39,202 nucleotides of DNA from positions 1 through 39,202 of IMG/VR virus record IMGVR_UViG_3300032321_000191; one strand, given 5' to 3'. A program made the translations under genes and the position numbers. Source of the stretch: a virus (Duplodnaviria > Caudoviricetes). Each line of letters opens with the position of its first letter. Within the stretch, counting starts at the first letter, position 1. The notes under the pieces were generated by a model. That model saw only the letters and a list, made by a program, of their open reading frames with translations. It did not search any database and was not told the origin of the DNA. Shown here one piece after another: positions 8,878 to 18,033 of the stretch.

Positions 8878-9064
8878 CGAACCTGAATTCACTTTGCCGT
8901 TTGTAGGTATGGCAGTGGGTGATTCGTTTTTTATACCTACCGCACAACCTGAGTTTATGAGAAACTTAATTCTTAAAGAAGCTAGTAAATTTGGTACCGG
9001 CTTCGTCGCCGCAATTAAGGTAGAGGGCGATATTATCGGTGTCCGGTGCTGGAGAGCAGAATGA
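8870..9064 (+). CDS. Small phage protein
   Basis: LPF..M.VGDSFFIP...GVRCWR motif typical of small phage DNA-binding-like proteins; overlaps the primase stop. Confidence 0.75.
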   Translation: MSDEPEFTLPFVGMAVGDSFFIPTAQPEFMRNLILKEASKFGTGFVAAIKVEGDIIGVRCWRAE

Positions 9065-9264
9065 ACGAACGATTCCTTGAAGCAGCAGAAGAAGCTATGC
9101 GCGATGTGGTCGAGCGCAGAATAAACGCAATCAGAAATACCCCATCACTCAAACCAATGGGGCTTTGCTACAACTGCCAAGAAAACATTGGCTCAAGCAA
9201 ACTGTTCTGTGATCTGGACTGCCGCTCAGACTATGAGTACCGGAAGAAGTACGGCAAGGCTTAA
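9061..9264 (+). CDS. Small C4 zinc-finger protein (TraR/DksA-like)
   Basis: CYNC...LFCDLDCRSDYE; ATGA overlap; GGAG upstream. Confidence 0.7.
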   Translation: MNERFLEAAEEAMRDVVERRINAIRNTPSLKPMGLCYNCQENIGSSKLFCDLDCRSDYEYRKKYGKA

Positions 9265-12200
9265 TTAGGGGTTAAGCTCAGCTTCAATATCTTCCAAGAT
9301 CGCCCGCATCTCCGCGTTCTGTTCTGTCCGGTTTTCTTTCTTCCTGTTTTTCAATTCTTGTGGCGGCAGCTTATCCAGATTAGCTTGGAGTTCGTTATCT
9401 TCTCTGCGAAGATCCTTCAGGCTACCGTTGATAGCTTTGTTGAATGCCTTTACGGCAGCGATTTTCTTAGGGTATTTTTCTTCGTACTTATCGTACTCAT
9501 CTGGATCGCGGGCTTTTAGGGTGCGTTGAACTTCAGCCATCTGTTTGATCCGATCATCCATCTTGTAGAACCGATCCAGATCGTAGTTAGCGGCGGTCCC
9601 TCTCAGGGGGACCATCTTCCAGATCGCTTCCATATCCTTCTGACCGTCCTCGGTTCCAATGCCCGCGCTGCGAAGCGTATCTTCGACAGTGTTGAACATC
9701 TTGTAGAAGCCTGAGACATAGTTAGTCAGCAGGAACTGCATACCCGCCGGGTTAATGAGATCCTTAATATACTTAGGAACTTCCCCCTCAAACGCATCCG
9801 ACATCATGCTCTGCATATCGCGGCTCAGAGACTTGAGATACGGGGGGATGTTGTCGTTCTGGACGTAGGCAGGGGTGTAGCGGTTATCGCTAGCCTTGAA
9901 GATTTTCTGATCTAGGTCGCTCTGATTAAACGCAAGCTGGAGCAACGGACGCGCAATCTGCGGCATGACACTAACGAACGATGCCTTAAGCGGGTTATCC
10001 CAGAAGTCCATCTGCGACAACGGTAGCGGAAGCACAGAGTTCTGAGTAATGGCACGCAGGTTCTTAATCATCTCCCCTGCGGTCTGTTTGCCGTCCGCGT
10101 AGAACATAGCCTGTGCAACTGCCGAGGCGATACCACCCACACCGAAACCCCAACGAAGCTGCATGGGATTCTCATAGCCTGCGAAGAAGATACGCGGGCC
10201 GCTGACCCAACGTTTCGGATCATCATACTCAGCACGGTTGCGATCTTCTTCATCCATACTGGACAAAGCCTTGGCGACCATATAAGCCGACGCACCCAGC
10301 AGGGTGTAGAAGATAGCCGCCGTCTTGGCGTGCTTGCCATTCATCATCGCATCGATTGTGCGAACTGCGCCGGTAGCACTAGGCCGGAAGAACATATACA
10401 GGTTGCCAGCCTGCTTGCCCCACTCACCGACTTGCTCAAAGTTAGCAAGTTCTTTAACAAACTCGACCGCACCGGTGAGATCATTTTTAAACTGTGGCAA
10501 CTGCCGAGCGATTCGGAAAGCAGACACCCGCGCCGCCAACTCAAATCCGTCTGTTGCAGCGGAAAACGGCTTTTGGAACGCCAACTCAGCCCTAAGAAGT
10601 TTGTCCTTGGTGCTGAACCCAAGCTCGCGTTCTTGTTGCTCAGTAGTGATACCGGACAGATAAGAAACTCTACCGCCAGCATCTACGTATTGAAGAGCAT
10701 CTCGGTACCAAGGATCTTTCTCAGCACGGGCGCGGAGTTCACCGACTCTTCCCGAGTTAAACAGCCGCATGAAGTTAACGGCTTTATACGGCACACCGCC
10801 CTGACCGACAAAATCAATTGCGGCTTGTGCCGCATACTTAGCCCCTGCTCCAACACCATAATGCGCGGTGAAGAAACCGAAGTTGGTCATCATGTCGGTG
10901 AAGTAGTTGTTGTACCAGAAGGCCGGGTTGTACAAGGTAAATCCCTGCGCAATCCTTCGGGTGATTTCACCAATGTAGCTAGTAAGGGGGCTAACGTCTT
11001 TGTAGGTCCGAGCAATGGCACGGGACATAACGTTGTCGTCAATCCGGATTACTTCGATCTCACCCTTGTCGTTACGATGATAGACGTACTGGTCACCCTG
11101 CTTCAACTTACCGGCGGCGGTCTTCAAGAACTGATCTTTGAACGTAACTTTAGAGATGATCTTACCGTTGATATAACCCTTGTCCACAAGATTGCGGACG
11201 GTCTGGGTTAGCTCTTGCCGGGTGATGTGCGAAGCCGCCCGCTTGGTATCTGCGAAAGAACGTAGGATCACGTTTTCAAAGGCAGTCTTACGACCCTTGG
11301 CACCTTCCTCTGCATAGCTCAGGATGCCACCAGACTTATCTTCTATATCAAGTTCTTCAACGTTTTCTTCGACAAGCGGCAGACCACGGAACGGGACGTA
11401 GTTTTTCCATCCCCGTGCATCGATGAGGTTCTTGAGGTAGACCGGGGCGTGCTTGGAATCGCCCTCCAGCTTCATCTGGGTGGTATTAAGTTCTCGCTGG
11501 GTCGCGCTTATTGCATCAACGATTGGCTTGAGCTTCGGATTCTTGGCAATCGCTGCATCCATCCTTGCATTGATGTCCTTGATCTGTGCGGTGGACATAC
11601 CGGCGACCATAAAATCATCGCTGTCTAGGTAGTTCTCTCCGGCTTGCTTAGCCGCCTCGATCTTTGCCTTGACATCTGGATCATTGTCTACCAAGTCGAT
11701 AAGCTGTTTGTAGAGCGCCTTGGCTTTAGCAGGATCTTTTTCAGAAGCAATCTTGCCCTTGAGTTCGTCACGGGCGGTTTCGTTTTCTTTAGTCAGCGCC
11801 GCTTTCTGTTCATAGAAAAGCGTAGCCCTACGCTCGGGTTCGTGCAGTGCAACAAGGTAATACCCAATCGAGTTGTAGGCATCTTCCAGCTTCTGACCGG
11901 CAGCGGCAGCGTATGCCTTGAGGTTTTTCTTTTGCTGATTAATCAGCGGGGTAACGAACTCATTGGCAATAGCTTCTGACCGAGACTGTAGAGTCATGGC
12001 ACGGTACAGGTTCAACGTGGGGTCAAGCACCCCCGCCTTCTCCATAGACTCTTGGAGCAACTTGATCGGGCGCAGGTTGTTCTGAAGCTTCGTAACCATC
12101 CGGTTAAAGAAACTAAGCGGCTTGTCGGCAAAGATTCTCAGGTTCTGCTTGCGAGCTTCTTTAGCCGCGTTGGTCTTACGCCCTTCCTTTACTTTCGGTG

Positions 12201-15200
12201 CTTCAACTTTAGGCGGCGAGACATCAACCGTTTCCCCACCGAACGATGGGTTCTTTTGGTTGCGTGCGTACGATACCCCTACGCCTTTCATCTTGGCGCT
12301 GGGTGCAGACAGTAATTGATCGATTACATCTAGAGCTTCGGTAAACGCATTTCCGCCGGGATTAATACCAAAGATGCTGGCAACGTTCCTTGCAAATTCT
12401 CTAAAGAAAGAGAACGTCCTTGATGGAACCTTTGTCGCACGCAGCACTTTCTGGAAATCAGCATCGCTCATAGCCTGAGCTACGAACTCTTTAAGAGTAT
12501 TCGCGTTGTATTCGTTTCTGATATCAGCAGGTAGCGTATTGAATAGATCATTCAACCTAGACAGTGCCAACTTCTGACCAGCGTTTAGTTTGTCCGGATT
12601 GTCGATCATGTGATCGATGTAGGCGTGGGTAGCCTCGTGAAGAATAACGTCTTCACTTACTTGCTCAGGATCAATCGTTATTGTGTTGCTATCAGGATCG
12701 AACTTAGCTGCTGCGCCTTTTACTTTTGCATAGGCAACTTTAGGAGGATTAGGAATCTCAAGTAAACGGAACGCAATAATTCCTCTAGTAGACGATGGGT
12801 AGTCCGCTACGATCTGCTTGAGCATCCTTCTAAGATCAGTTTTATCCGCTTGCTTTTCTTTCTCGGCGGCTTCTTTCTGCTTTCCTTGGGCTTTGTTTTC
12901 AGCAGCCTTTCGCTTGGCTTCTTTACCTGCTTCGGATGTAGCCCGCTCTTCTCGCTCTTCGATCCTGCCAAGCTTGGCATTAGTTTCTTCAGCGGCGCGT
13001 TTAACTTCTGCGACGGCTTCGGGACCGACGTTATCGTTCACCCACTTGAGGGCATTCTGTATTGACTTATCAGAGCCAACAGTTTCTCTATTGTCGGGTG
13101 TCAGTTCAAACGCCAGATACCGGAGTACATCCAGCGCATTAGCATCGGGGGTGTTTTGCTGCGCAGCGGCGGCGTAAGCGTAGATTGCTTTTTCTTCAAC
13201 AGAACGCTGCTTGATCGGCTTACTGATAGCCTCGTTAAGCTTGGTCGCAAGAGTCTGCCTATCTACTTTCGGTGTGAAAGTGATATCACGGCCACTCATT
13301 TTGAACTTATTGCCTAGCGCCTTAGCGGCATTGCTGATGCGAGTAGACAGACCACTACGAACAGTCTTCGTAGCAAGGGGGATATCCTCCCCTGAGAACG
13401 TCTTTAGCTCTACCTTACCCTTAGCGGCTGCTTTTTCCTCGGACTCTCGTTGCCCATCTTCTGCTTGAGCGACTGGGGCTTCGGCGGCACTACTGACGTT
13501 AGGGGCTGCTTCAGCTTGCGCTTCAGTGACTGGAACGGCTGGGGCGGCGGCGTCAGGGATCGCGGCTTGTTCATTGACAGTCCCTTGGATCGGTTCTTGA
13601 GTTTGTGTTAGTGCAGGCTGCTCTGATCCCGCTCCGACATCAGTTGCTGCAACATTGCTGACAGGCTGAGCCATTCCACCGGGTGCAGGTGCTTGAACTT
13701 CTCCGGAATCGGGCAACCGGGCGGCGCTTCCAGCCAAGTCCACGCTAGCGAGATTTCCTCCAGCGTCAACGTCCGGGGCTGTGACTTCGGTTCCACTTGG
13801 CTCATTGGTGACTCCTGATCTTGCGACTGCTTCGGCTGTGGCATTGGGGTCTAATATATTAGCGACAGAGACTGTATCATCAATCTTCTGTTTCTGTGCT
13901 TCCGCCTGTTGTTTGCTTTCCTCAATACTGGCTTTAAGCTCTTCGGCTTTGGTAAGGATCTCAGCGCGAGCGGCTTTAGCAGCTTTGTTGTTGCCCTTGA
14001 TCTTTTCCAGCGACTCAATCAGCGGGTCAATCTCGCCCTTGCGGTCGGGATTATTAAGAACCAACTCACCAAGCAACGCAGATACATCGGCCCTTTTAGG
14101 GGCTTTGGGCTTAGCTACTTTCGGTTCTTCAACCGGCGGGGCGGCTGCGGTTTCTTGGGCCTTCAGTGCCTCGGCCTCGGCTTGCTTCTTGGCATACTCT
14201 GCCACATCAGCTTCGGTCTGTACTCGGTTAGCACGCAGGGCACTAGGGATACCAGCAGCACCACCGGCAAGACCACCAAGGACCGCGCTCTCAGCCGCAG
14301 CACGGCCAATGCCCCGAGACAACGGGATGCTCTGATCCGAACCTTGTGCCGCGATGTTCTGGATGCCCTGCCCTGATACACCCTCAAGGGTTTCCTGACC
14401 GCCTTCACCAAGGATACTTCTAGTGAGCTTAGCGCCGCTCGGGCGGAAGAACGACTTCTCAATACCCGGCAAAACAGCCGCAGTAAGACCAGAGATCCCG
14501 GTTTGAGCGGCTTGACCTTTCCTTGCAGCACTTGTGGCAATTCGCCTTGCTTCAGCTTCCGGCGTCTTCTTTTTAAGTTCTAGGTTATAAACTTCATCAT
14601 AGACTTCGTTGCCAGTAGATGAGCCTTCCGCAATGGCAGCTTCACCGATAGCAGCGCGGGTTCCGTACTTGGCGGCTTTCTTAGCGGCTTCTTCTGCTGC
14701 GAGTTTACCTGCCGTGGCAACTGCTCTACCTGCCAACACCCCGACACCACCTGTACCGATAGTGGCAGCAAGATCAGGGATCATCTCGGCAAGTTTGTAC
14801 GCCGTGACTGTAGGATTAGTTGCTAGTTGTTTGACAGTCTCAATGAACTCAGAGCCAAGCCCTTCTTTACCAGCTTTGGTAATAGCTTGGTCAACAACAT
14901 ATTTTTTAAGTTTGAGCGAGGGTGATTCAAGCTCATCCGCAGACTTCTTTAGCGCCTCAGTAGTTTCATAAAGCGGCGCTTCCTTACCATACTTCCCGGT
15001 TACTGCACCATACAACGCTGGAACAATACCAAGCGTGTTAGCCGCCCCCCGCTGAATCGCCGCTTGAAAGTTAGACCCTTCGTCTTTCTTGATGCCATGT
15101 TTACCCGCAAGCGAAACAGACAGGCGCATCTTAGCTTCTTCCGGACGAACTTCATCCGGAATATCACGTACCAAAGTTCCGTCGGGTAAGCTAAGGTTAT

Positions 15201-15207
15201 AAGGCAT
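9265..15207 (-). CDS. Large polyvalent / internal virion (ejection) protein with zincin-like motif and LPD38-like C-terminus
   Basis: 1980 aa; Ala/Gly-rich helical N-terminus, ILHEATH...EFVAQAMSD zincin-like motif (about 12625-12645), YVPFRG, T.YNPAF, NF...GE, YMFF..S..G motifs; last gene of the virion module. Confidence 0.8.
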   Translation of the reverse strand: MPYNLSLPDGTLVRDIPDEVRPEEAKMRLSVSLAGKHGIKKDEGSNFQAAIQRGAANTLGIVPALYGAVTGKYGKEAPLYETTEALKKSADELESPSLKLKKYVVDQAITKAGKEGLGSEFIETVKQLATNPTVTAYKLAEMIPDLAATIGTGGVGVLAGRAVATAGKLAAEEAAKKAAKYGTRAAIGEAAIAEGSSTGNEVYDEVYNLELKKKTPEAEARRIATSAARKGQAAQTGISGLTAAVLPGIEKSFFRPSGAKLTRSILGEGGQETLEGVSGQGIQNIAAQGSDQSIPLSRGIGRAAAESAVLGGLAGGAAGIPSALRANRVQTEADVAEYAKKQAEAEALKAQETAAAPPVEEPKVAKPKAPKRADVSALLGELVLNNPDRKGEIDPLIESLEKIKGNNKAAKAARAEILTKAEELKASIEESKQQAEAQKQKIDDTVSVANILDPNATAEAVARSGVTNEPSGTEVTAPDVDAGGNLASVDLAGSAARLPDSGEVQAPAPGGMAQPVSNVAATDVGAGSEQPALTQTQEPIQGTVNEQAAIPDAAAPAVPVTEAQAEAAPNVSSAAEAPVAQAEDGQRESEEKAAAKGKVELKTFSGEDIPLATKTVRSGLSTRISNAAKALGNKFKMSGRDITFTPKVDRQTLATKLNEAISKPIKQRSVEEKAIYAYAAAAQQNTPDANALDVLRYLAFELTPDNRETVGSDKSIQNALKWVNDNVGPEAVAEVKRAAEETNAKLGRIEEREERATSEAGKEAKRKAAENKAQGKQKEAAEKEKQADKTDLRRMLKQIVADYPSSTRGIIAFRLLEIPNPPKVAYAKVKGAAAKFDPDSNTITIDPEQVSEDVILHEATHAYIDHMIDNPDKLNAGQKLALSRLNDLFNTLPADIRNEYNANTLKEFVAQAMSDADFQKVLRATKVPSRTFSFFREFARNVASIFGINPGGNAFTEALDVIDQLLSAPSAKMKGVGVSYARNQKNPSFGGETVDVSPPKVEAPKVKEGRKTNAAKEARKQNLRIFADKPLSFFNRMVTKLQNNLRPIKLLQESMEKAGVLDPTLNLYRAMTLQSRSEAIANEFVTPLINQQKKNLKAYAAAAGQKLEDAYNSIGYYLVALHEPERRATLFYEQKAALTKENETARDELKGKIASEKDPAKAKALYKQLIDLVDNDPDVKAKIEAAKQAGENYLDSDDFMVAGMSTAQIKDINARMDAAIAKNPKLKPIVDAISATQRELNTTQMKLEGDSKHAPVYLKNLIDARGWKNYVPFRGLPLVEENVEELDIEDKSGGILSYAEEGAKGRKTAFENVILRSFADTKRAASHITRQELTQTVRNLVDKGYINGKIISKVTFKDQFLKTAAGKLKQGDQYVYHRNDKGEIEVIRIDDNVMSRAIARTYKDVSPLTSYIGEITRRIAQGFTLYNPAFWYNNYFTDMMTNFGFFTAHYGVGAGAKYAAQAAIDFVGQGGVPYKAVNFMRLFNSGRVGELRARAEKDPWYRDALQYVDAGGRVSYLSGITTEQQERELGFSTKDKLLRAELAFQKPFSAATDGFELAARVSAFRIARQLPQFKNDLTGAVEFVKELANFEQVGEWGKQAGNLYMFFRPSATGAVRTIDAMMNGKHAKTAAIFYTLLGASAYMVAKALSSMDEEDRNRAEYDDPKRWVSGPRIFFAGYENPMQLRWGFGVGGIASAVAQAMFYADGKQTAGEMIKNLRAITQNSVLPLPLSQMDFWDNPLKASFVSVMPQIARPLLQLAFNQSDLDQKIFKASDNRYTPAYVQNDNIPPYLKSLSRDMQSMMSDAFEGEVPKYIKDLINPAGMQFLLTNYVSGFYKMFNTVEDTLRSAGIGTEDGQKDMEAIWKMVPLRGTAANYDLDRFYKMDDRIKQMAEVQRTLKARDPDEYDKYEEKYPKKIAAVKAFNKAINGSLKDLRREDNELQANLDKLPPQELKNRKKENRTEQNAEMRAILEDIEAELNP
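13608..13805 (-). CDS. Probable overprinted 65-aa protein nested in the large virion gene
   Basis: AGGAG 6 nt upstream of ATG 13805; product MSQVEPKSQPRTLTLEEISLAWTWLEAPPGCPIPEKFKHLHPVEWLSLSAMLQQLMSERDQSSLH is globular-like, while the host frame here is a low-complexity linker. Confidence 0.6.
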   Translation of the reverse strand: MSQVEPKSQPRTLTLEEISLAWTWLEAPPGCPIPEKFKHLHPVEWLSLSAMLQQLMSERDQSSLH

Positions 15208-15210
15208 ATT

Positions 15211-16632
15211 TTATTTAATCTGGTTCCATGAATAACCATTACCTTTAGCGGGGGCGGCGGGTGCAGTGGGCGCTACTGATTTAATACCAGCCGCATCAGG
15301 GTAAGGCCGAATAGCAAAATTGGTTTCAACCCAATTAGCCGCGTATGATGGCAAACCTTCTACTAACATACGTTTCATCCCTGCATCGTCCGCAGCTTTA
15401 TATTCAGGAGATTGCCTAATTTCTTTTTTAAACGCTTGTGCAGCAGGATGATCCGGAGTTGAAAGAATTTTTCTATACTCTGCAAGAGCTTGACGACGGT
15501 CCCATTCCAAAGCCCTGTTTCCTGCGCCGCCACCGCCGCCACCGCCGCCACCTCTAGCCGCTAAAATTTCAAGCTTACGGGTATCATTTTCTGCTCTGCG
15601 GATAGCATCGGCTTCTTTTTGGCGAAGCTTTTCTGCTTCAGTGGCAAGCCGCATAACGTCTCTTTGGATTTGTCCAGCTTGAGCTAGGGCTTTTGTGTGT
15701 TCCCTAGAATTGAGTCCAAATTCTTTACGGGCTTCTTCCGCCATACCCTGCGCATACCGAAGGTCGTCTTTGCGCATACCAAGCTCGTTTTTAATTCCTT
15801 CCATCTCAAAAGCTTGGTGCTTATGAAGTTGGTTTTGTAGAGCCTGTTCGCTTTCCTGATATTGGTTAAGTCCTCGTTGTGCCCCGCCCGCAATACCCGC
15901 AAGACCGCCAGCAAAACCGGGACCGCCACGCGCCTGCATCATCGCAAGGCCCGCCTGAATGATTGCATTGGATCGATTTGTATTTCTAGTACCTTCAGCA
16001 TCAGGGCGCATCTTTTCAATAAGTGAATTCATCTTATCTACGTAAGGCTTACCCATTTCTTGATTCGATTCAAAAGCCCTATTAAATATAGCTTCCCTAT
16101 CGATCTGCTCAGGTTTAGGGTATGCCGCCATATAATCTGCGGCTTGTTCTTTTCCCGCCTCAAGCGCGGCTTCTTCCCAACTTTTTTCTTTAGCAGCAAC
16201 TTTCGGTTGCCCGCCTTTAACAAAAGGAACGATCCCGCCCTCGGCGTATTCTTGGTCGGGCACAGGCAGTGAACCGACACCGTTTTCTTCAGCCATCTGG
16301 CGCTGTTGATCTTCACGAAAATTCTTAACTGCGTCCATTCTTTCTTGATGCTGAGCAAGCATTTCTTCTTGCTGTTTCTGCGCCATTATTTTTTCTTGGT
16401 ATTGGGCAAACGCTTCTTCTGCTATACGGTCAACAATAGACCCGCCGGGAGCCGCTTGCTGCGCACCTTGCCCTGCAACCGCGCTTTGCAGAATCGACTT
16501 AATCCCCTGCGCTTCCTGAACATTGCCGACATTGATACCCATCGCGCCATACATCGCACGTTTGTTGGGGTTCTCTAGTTCATTGAGCTTACCTTGAGGG
16601 AAAGCCGCGAGTTCTTTAGAAGACAAGTTCAT
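15211..16632 (-). CDS. Putative internal virion/ejection protein
   Basis: Helical Q/E/A-rich; QAGLAMM...GLAGIAGGAQRG hydrophobic segment; YAEGGIVPFVKGG motif; position next to the giant gene. Confidence 0.7.
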   Translation of the reverse strand: MNLSSKELAAFPQGKLNELENPNKRAMYGAMGINVGNVQEAQGIKSILQSAVAGQGAQQAAPGGSIVDRIAEEAFAQYQEKIMAQKQQEEMLAQHQERMDAVKNFREDQQRQMAEENGVGSLPVPDQEYAEGGIVPFVKGGQPKVAAKEKSWEEAALEAGKEQAADYMAAYPKPEQIDREAIFNRAFESNQEMGKPYVDKMNSLIEKMRPDAEGTRNTNRSNAIIQAGLAMMQARGGPGFAGGLAGIAGGAQRGLNQYQESEQALQNQLHKHQAFEMEGIKNELGMRKDDLRYAQGMAEEARKEFGLNSREHTKALAQAGQIQRDVMRLATEAEKLRQKEADAIRRAENDTRKLEILAARGGGGGGGGGAGNRALEWDRRQALAEYRKILSTPDHPAAQAFKKEIRQSPEYKAADDAGMKRMLVEGLPSYAANWVETNFAIRPYPDAAGIKSVAPTAPAAPAKGNGYSWNQIK

Positions 16633-17474
16633 CCCGGCCTCCTTGGACTCGGATAGAGGCTATCAAGAATCCCGTATCCAGTAACCCCGGCACCGATAGC
16701 CTGCGACCAAGGGTTAGGCGGCGCATAAGTGGTACTCAAATTCTGGCTGGCTACCGGAAGCCCACTCAACATATCTTTCTGGAACCGTAGATTCTCATAC
16801 GGGAACTTCTGCGCGGTCTGATAATTTTCGTAACCAACGTCCAGACCCTTCTGCGCGTTCGCCTGCTGTGCCCCACCATAATCAAACATTTTATCCAGCG
16901 CACCGATACCCGTCTGATAACCTTGGAAATTAGCTTGATTCTGGGCTAGTTGGGTGTACAGGTTGTTCTGGTTCTCAGTGTTGAACTGATTCTGTCCAGC
17001 GGTGTAGGCACCTTGCAGTCCCTTGGTCTGAATATCATTCAGCAGTTGCGCACGGTTGCGATCACCCTCGGCCTGAACCAAACGGAACCGATCACCGAAC
17101 CCGGTATCTGCACCGGCTCTACCTAGTTGGGTCTGCTGAATATCTGCTTGGCGGTTGGCTTCCCGTGCGGCAATGTCAGTTACACCCTGCTGATAAGGTG
17201 ACATAAATGACTGCACTATACCCGGAGCATTCCAAGACTGGGTTTGATACTGCATCGGCTTATATGCTTGGAGGCTACCGATACCTTGGAAGGCTTGGTT
17301 CTGAAGGCCACTAAAGTCAGCGACCCGCTGCCCGCTATACGGTTGATATTGTTGCTGAGAAAGCGCACCGGTCCGCTCAAGCATATTCTGGACATATGGG
17401 GATGCCCAGTTTGAGATAGTGTTGCCGTAGGTTTGTCCCTGCTCAATGGGATTGCCAAGAATATCGCTAGCCAT
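16629..17474 (-). CDS. Putative internal virion/pilot (DNA transfer) protein
   Basis: Gln-rich; YQPYSGQRVADFS.LQ, FMSPYQQ.V, P.ENL.F...LSGLP, C-terminal Gly-rich hydrophobic helix. Confidence 0.7.
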   Translation of the reverse strand: MASDILGNPIEQGQTYGNTISNWASPYVQNMLERTGALSQQQYQPYSGQRVADFSGLQNQAFQGIGSLQAYKPMQYQTQSWNAPGIVQSFMSPYQQGVTDIAAREANRQADIQQTQLGRAGADTGFGDRFRLVQAEGDRNRAQLLNDIQTKGLQGAYTAGQNQFNTENQNNLYTQLAQNQANFQGYQTGIGALDKMFDYGGAQQANAQKGLDVGYENYQTAQKFPYENLRFQKDMLSGLPVASQNLSTTYAPPNPWSQAIGAGVTGYGILDSLYPSPRRPG

Positions 17475-17484
17475 TTTTTATCCT

Positions 17485-18033
17485 TTAAGCCGGGGAGTAC
17501 CGGTTATTTTTACGCATATTTTCTATTGCCGGAAGATACTGCAAGTTTTCCAGAACATGAAGCCCAGATACTAGTCTACCGCGCAAAGGGTAAATATGAT
17601 CCACATGAAACCCTTTAGGACAAGCTCTATAAAAGTTTACTATTGCAGAAAGATCCGCCCATTTAGGGGTTCTTAACCCTTTGTCAGCCACATACTTTCT
17701 TTTTAAAGCGTTTCTATGGCCGGGATTTTTTGCACGCCATTCACGGCTGCGTTGTTTGGCGATTTCCCGCTCTTTTTCTGGGTTAGCGGCATATGCTTCT
17801 CTGCGTTTTGCCTTAATTGTTTCACTGTGTCTAGCATAAAACTTCTCTGAATTCTTCCGGCGTTTGTCTGGGTTTGCATAATACCGTTGTTTTTCTTGTT
17901 CTCGCTTACATTTAGTACACGTTCCGGTTGATGTCACCCGTAGAGAAACGTGCCCCCGCGAGCAAGGCTTATCTGTTTTATAGAATGGTTCCCCATTCTG
18001 TTGTGCTATGTACCGGGGTCCACGGGCGCTCAT
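17485..18033 (-). CDS. Free-standing HNH homing endonuclease
   Basis: Y.T.KPC.RGH...R....C..C N-terminus; TPKWAD, FHVDHIYPLRG.LVSGLHV..NLQYL...EN.RKNN. Confidence 0.9.
   Translation of the reverse strand: MSARGPRYIAQQNGEPFYKTDKPCSRGHVSLRVTSTGTCTKCKREQEKQRYYANPDKRRKNSEKFYARHSETIKAKRREAYAANPEKEREIAKQRSREWRAKNPGHRNALKRKYVADKGLRTPKWADLSAIVNFYRACPKGFHVDHIYPLRGRLVSGLHVLENLQYLPAIENMRKNNRYSPA

Noticed and set aside
10068-10682. Same-strand alternative-frame ORFs 10068-10340 and 10344-10682
   Set aside because: No convincing SD, Ser/Arg/Leu-rich shadow composition, and the host frame is the motif-bearing one here.
10330-11211. 293-aa + strand ORF and other antisense ORFs opposite the giant gene
   Set aside because: No recognisable motifs or SD; consistent with antisense shadows of a codon-biased gene.
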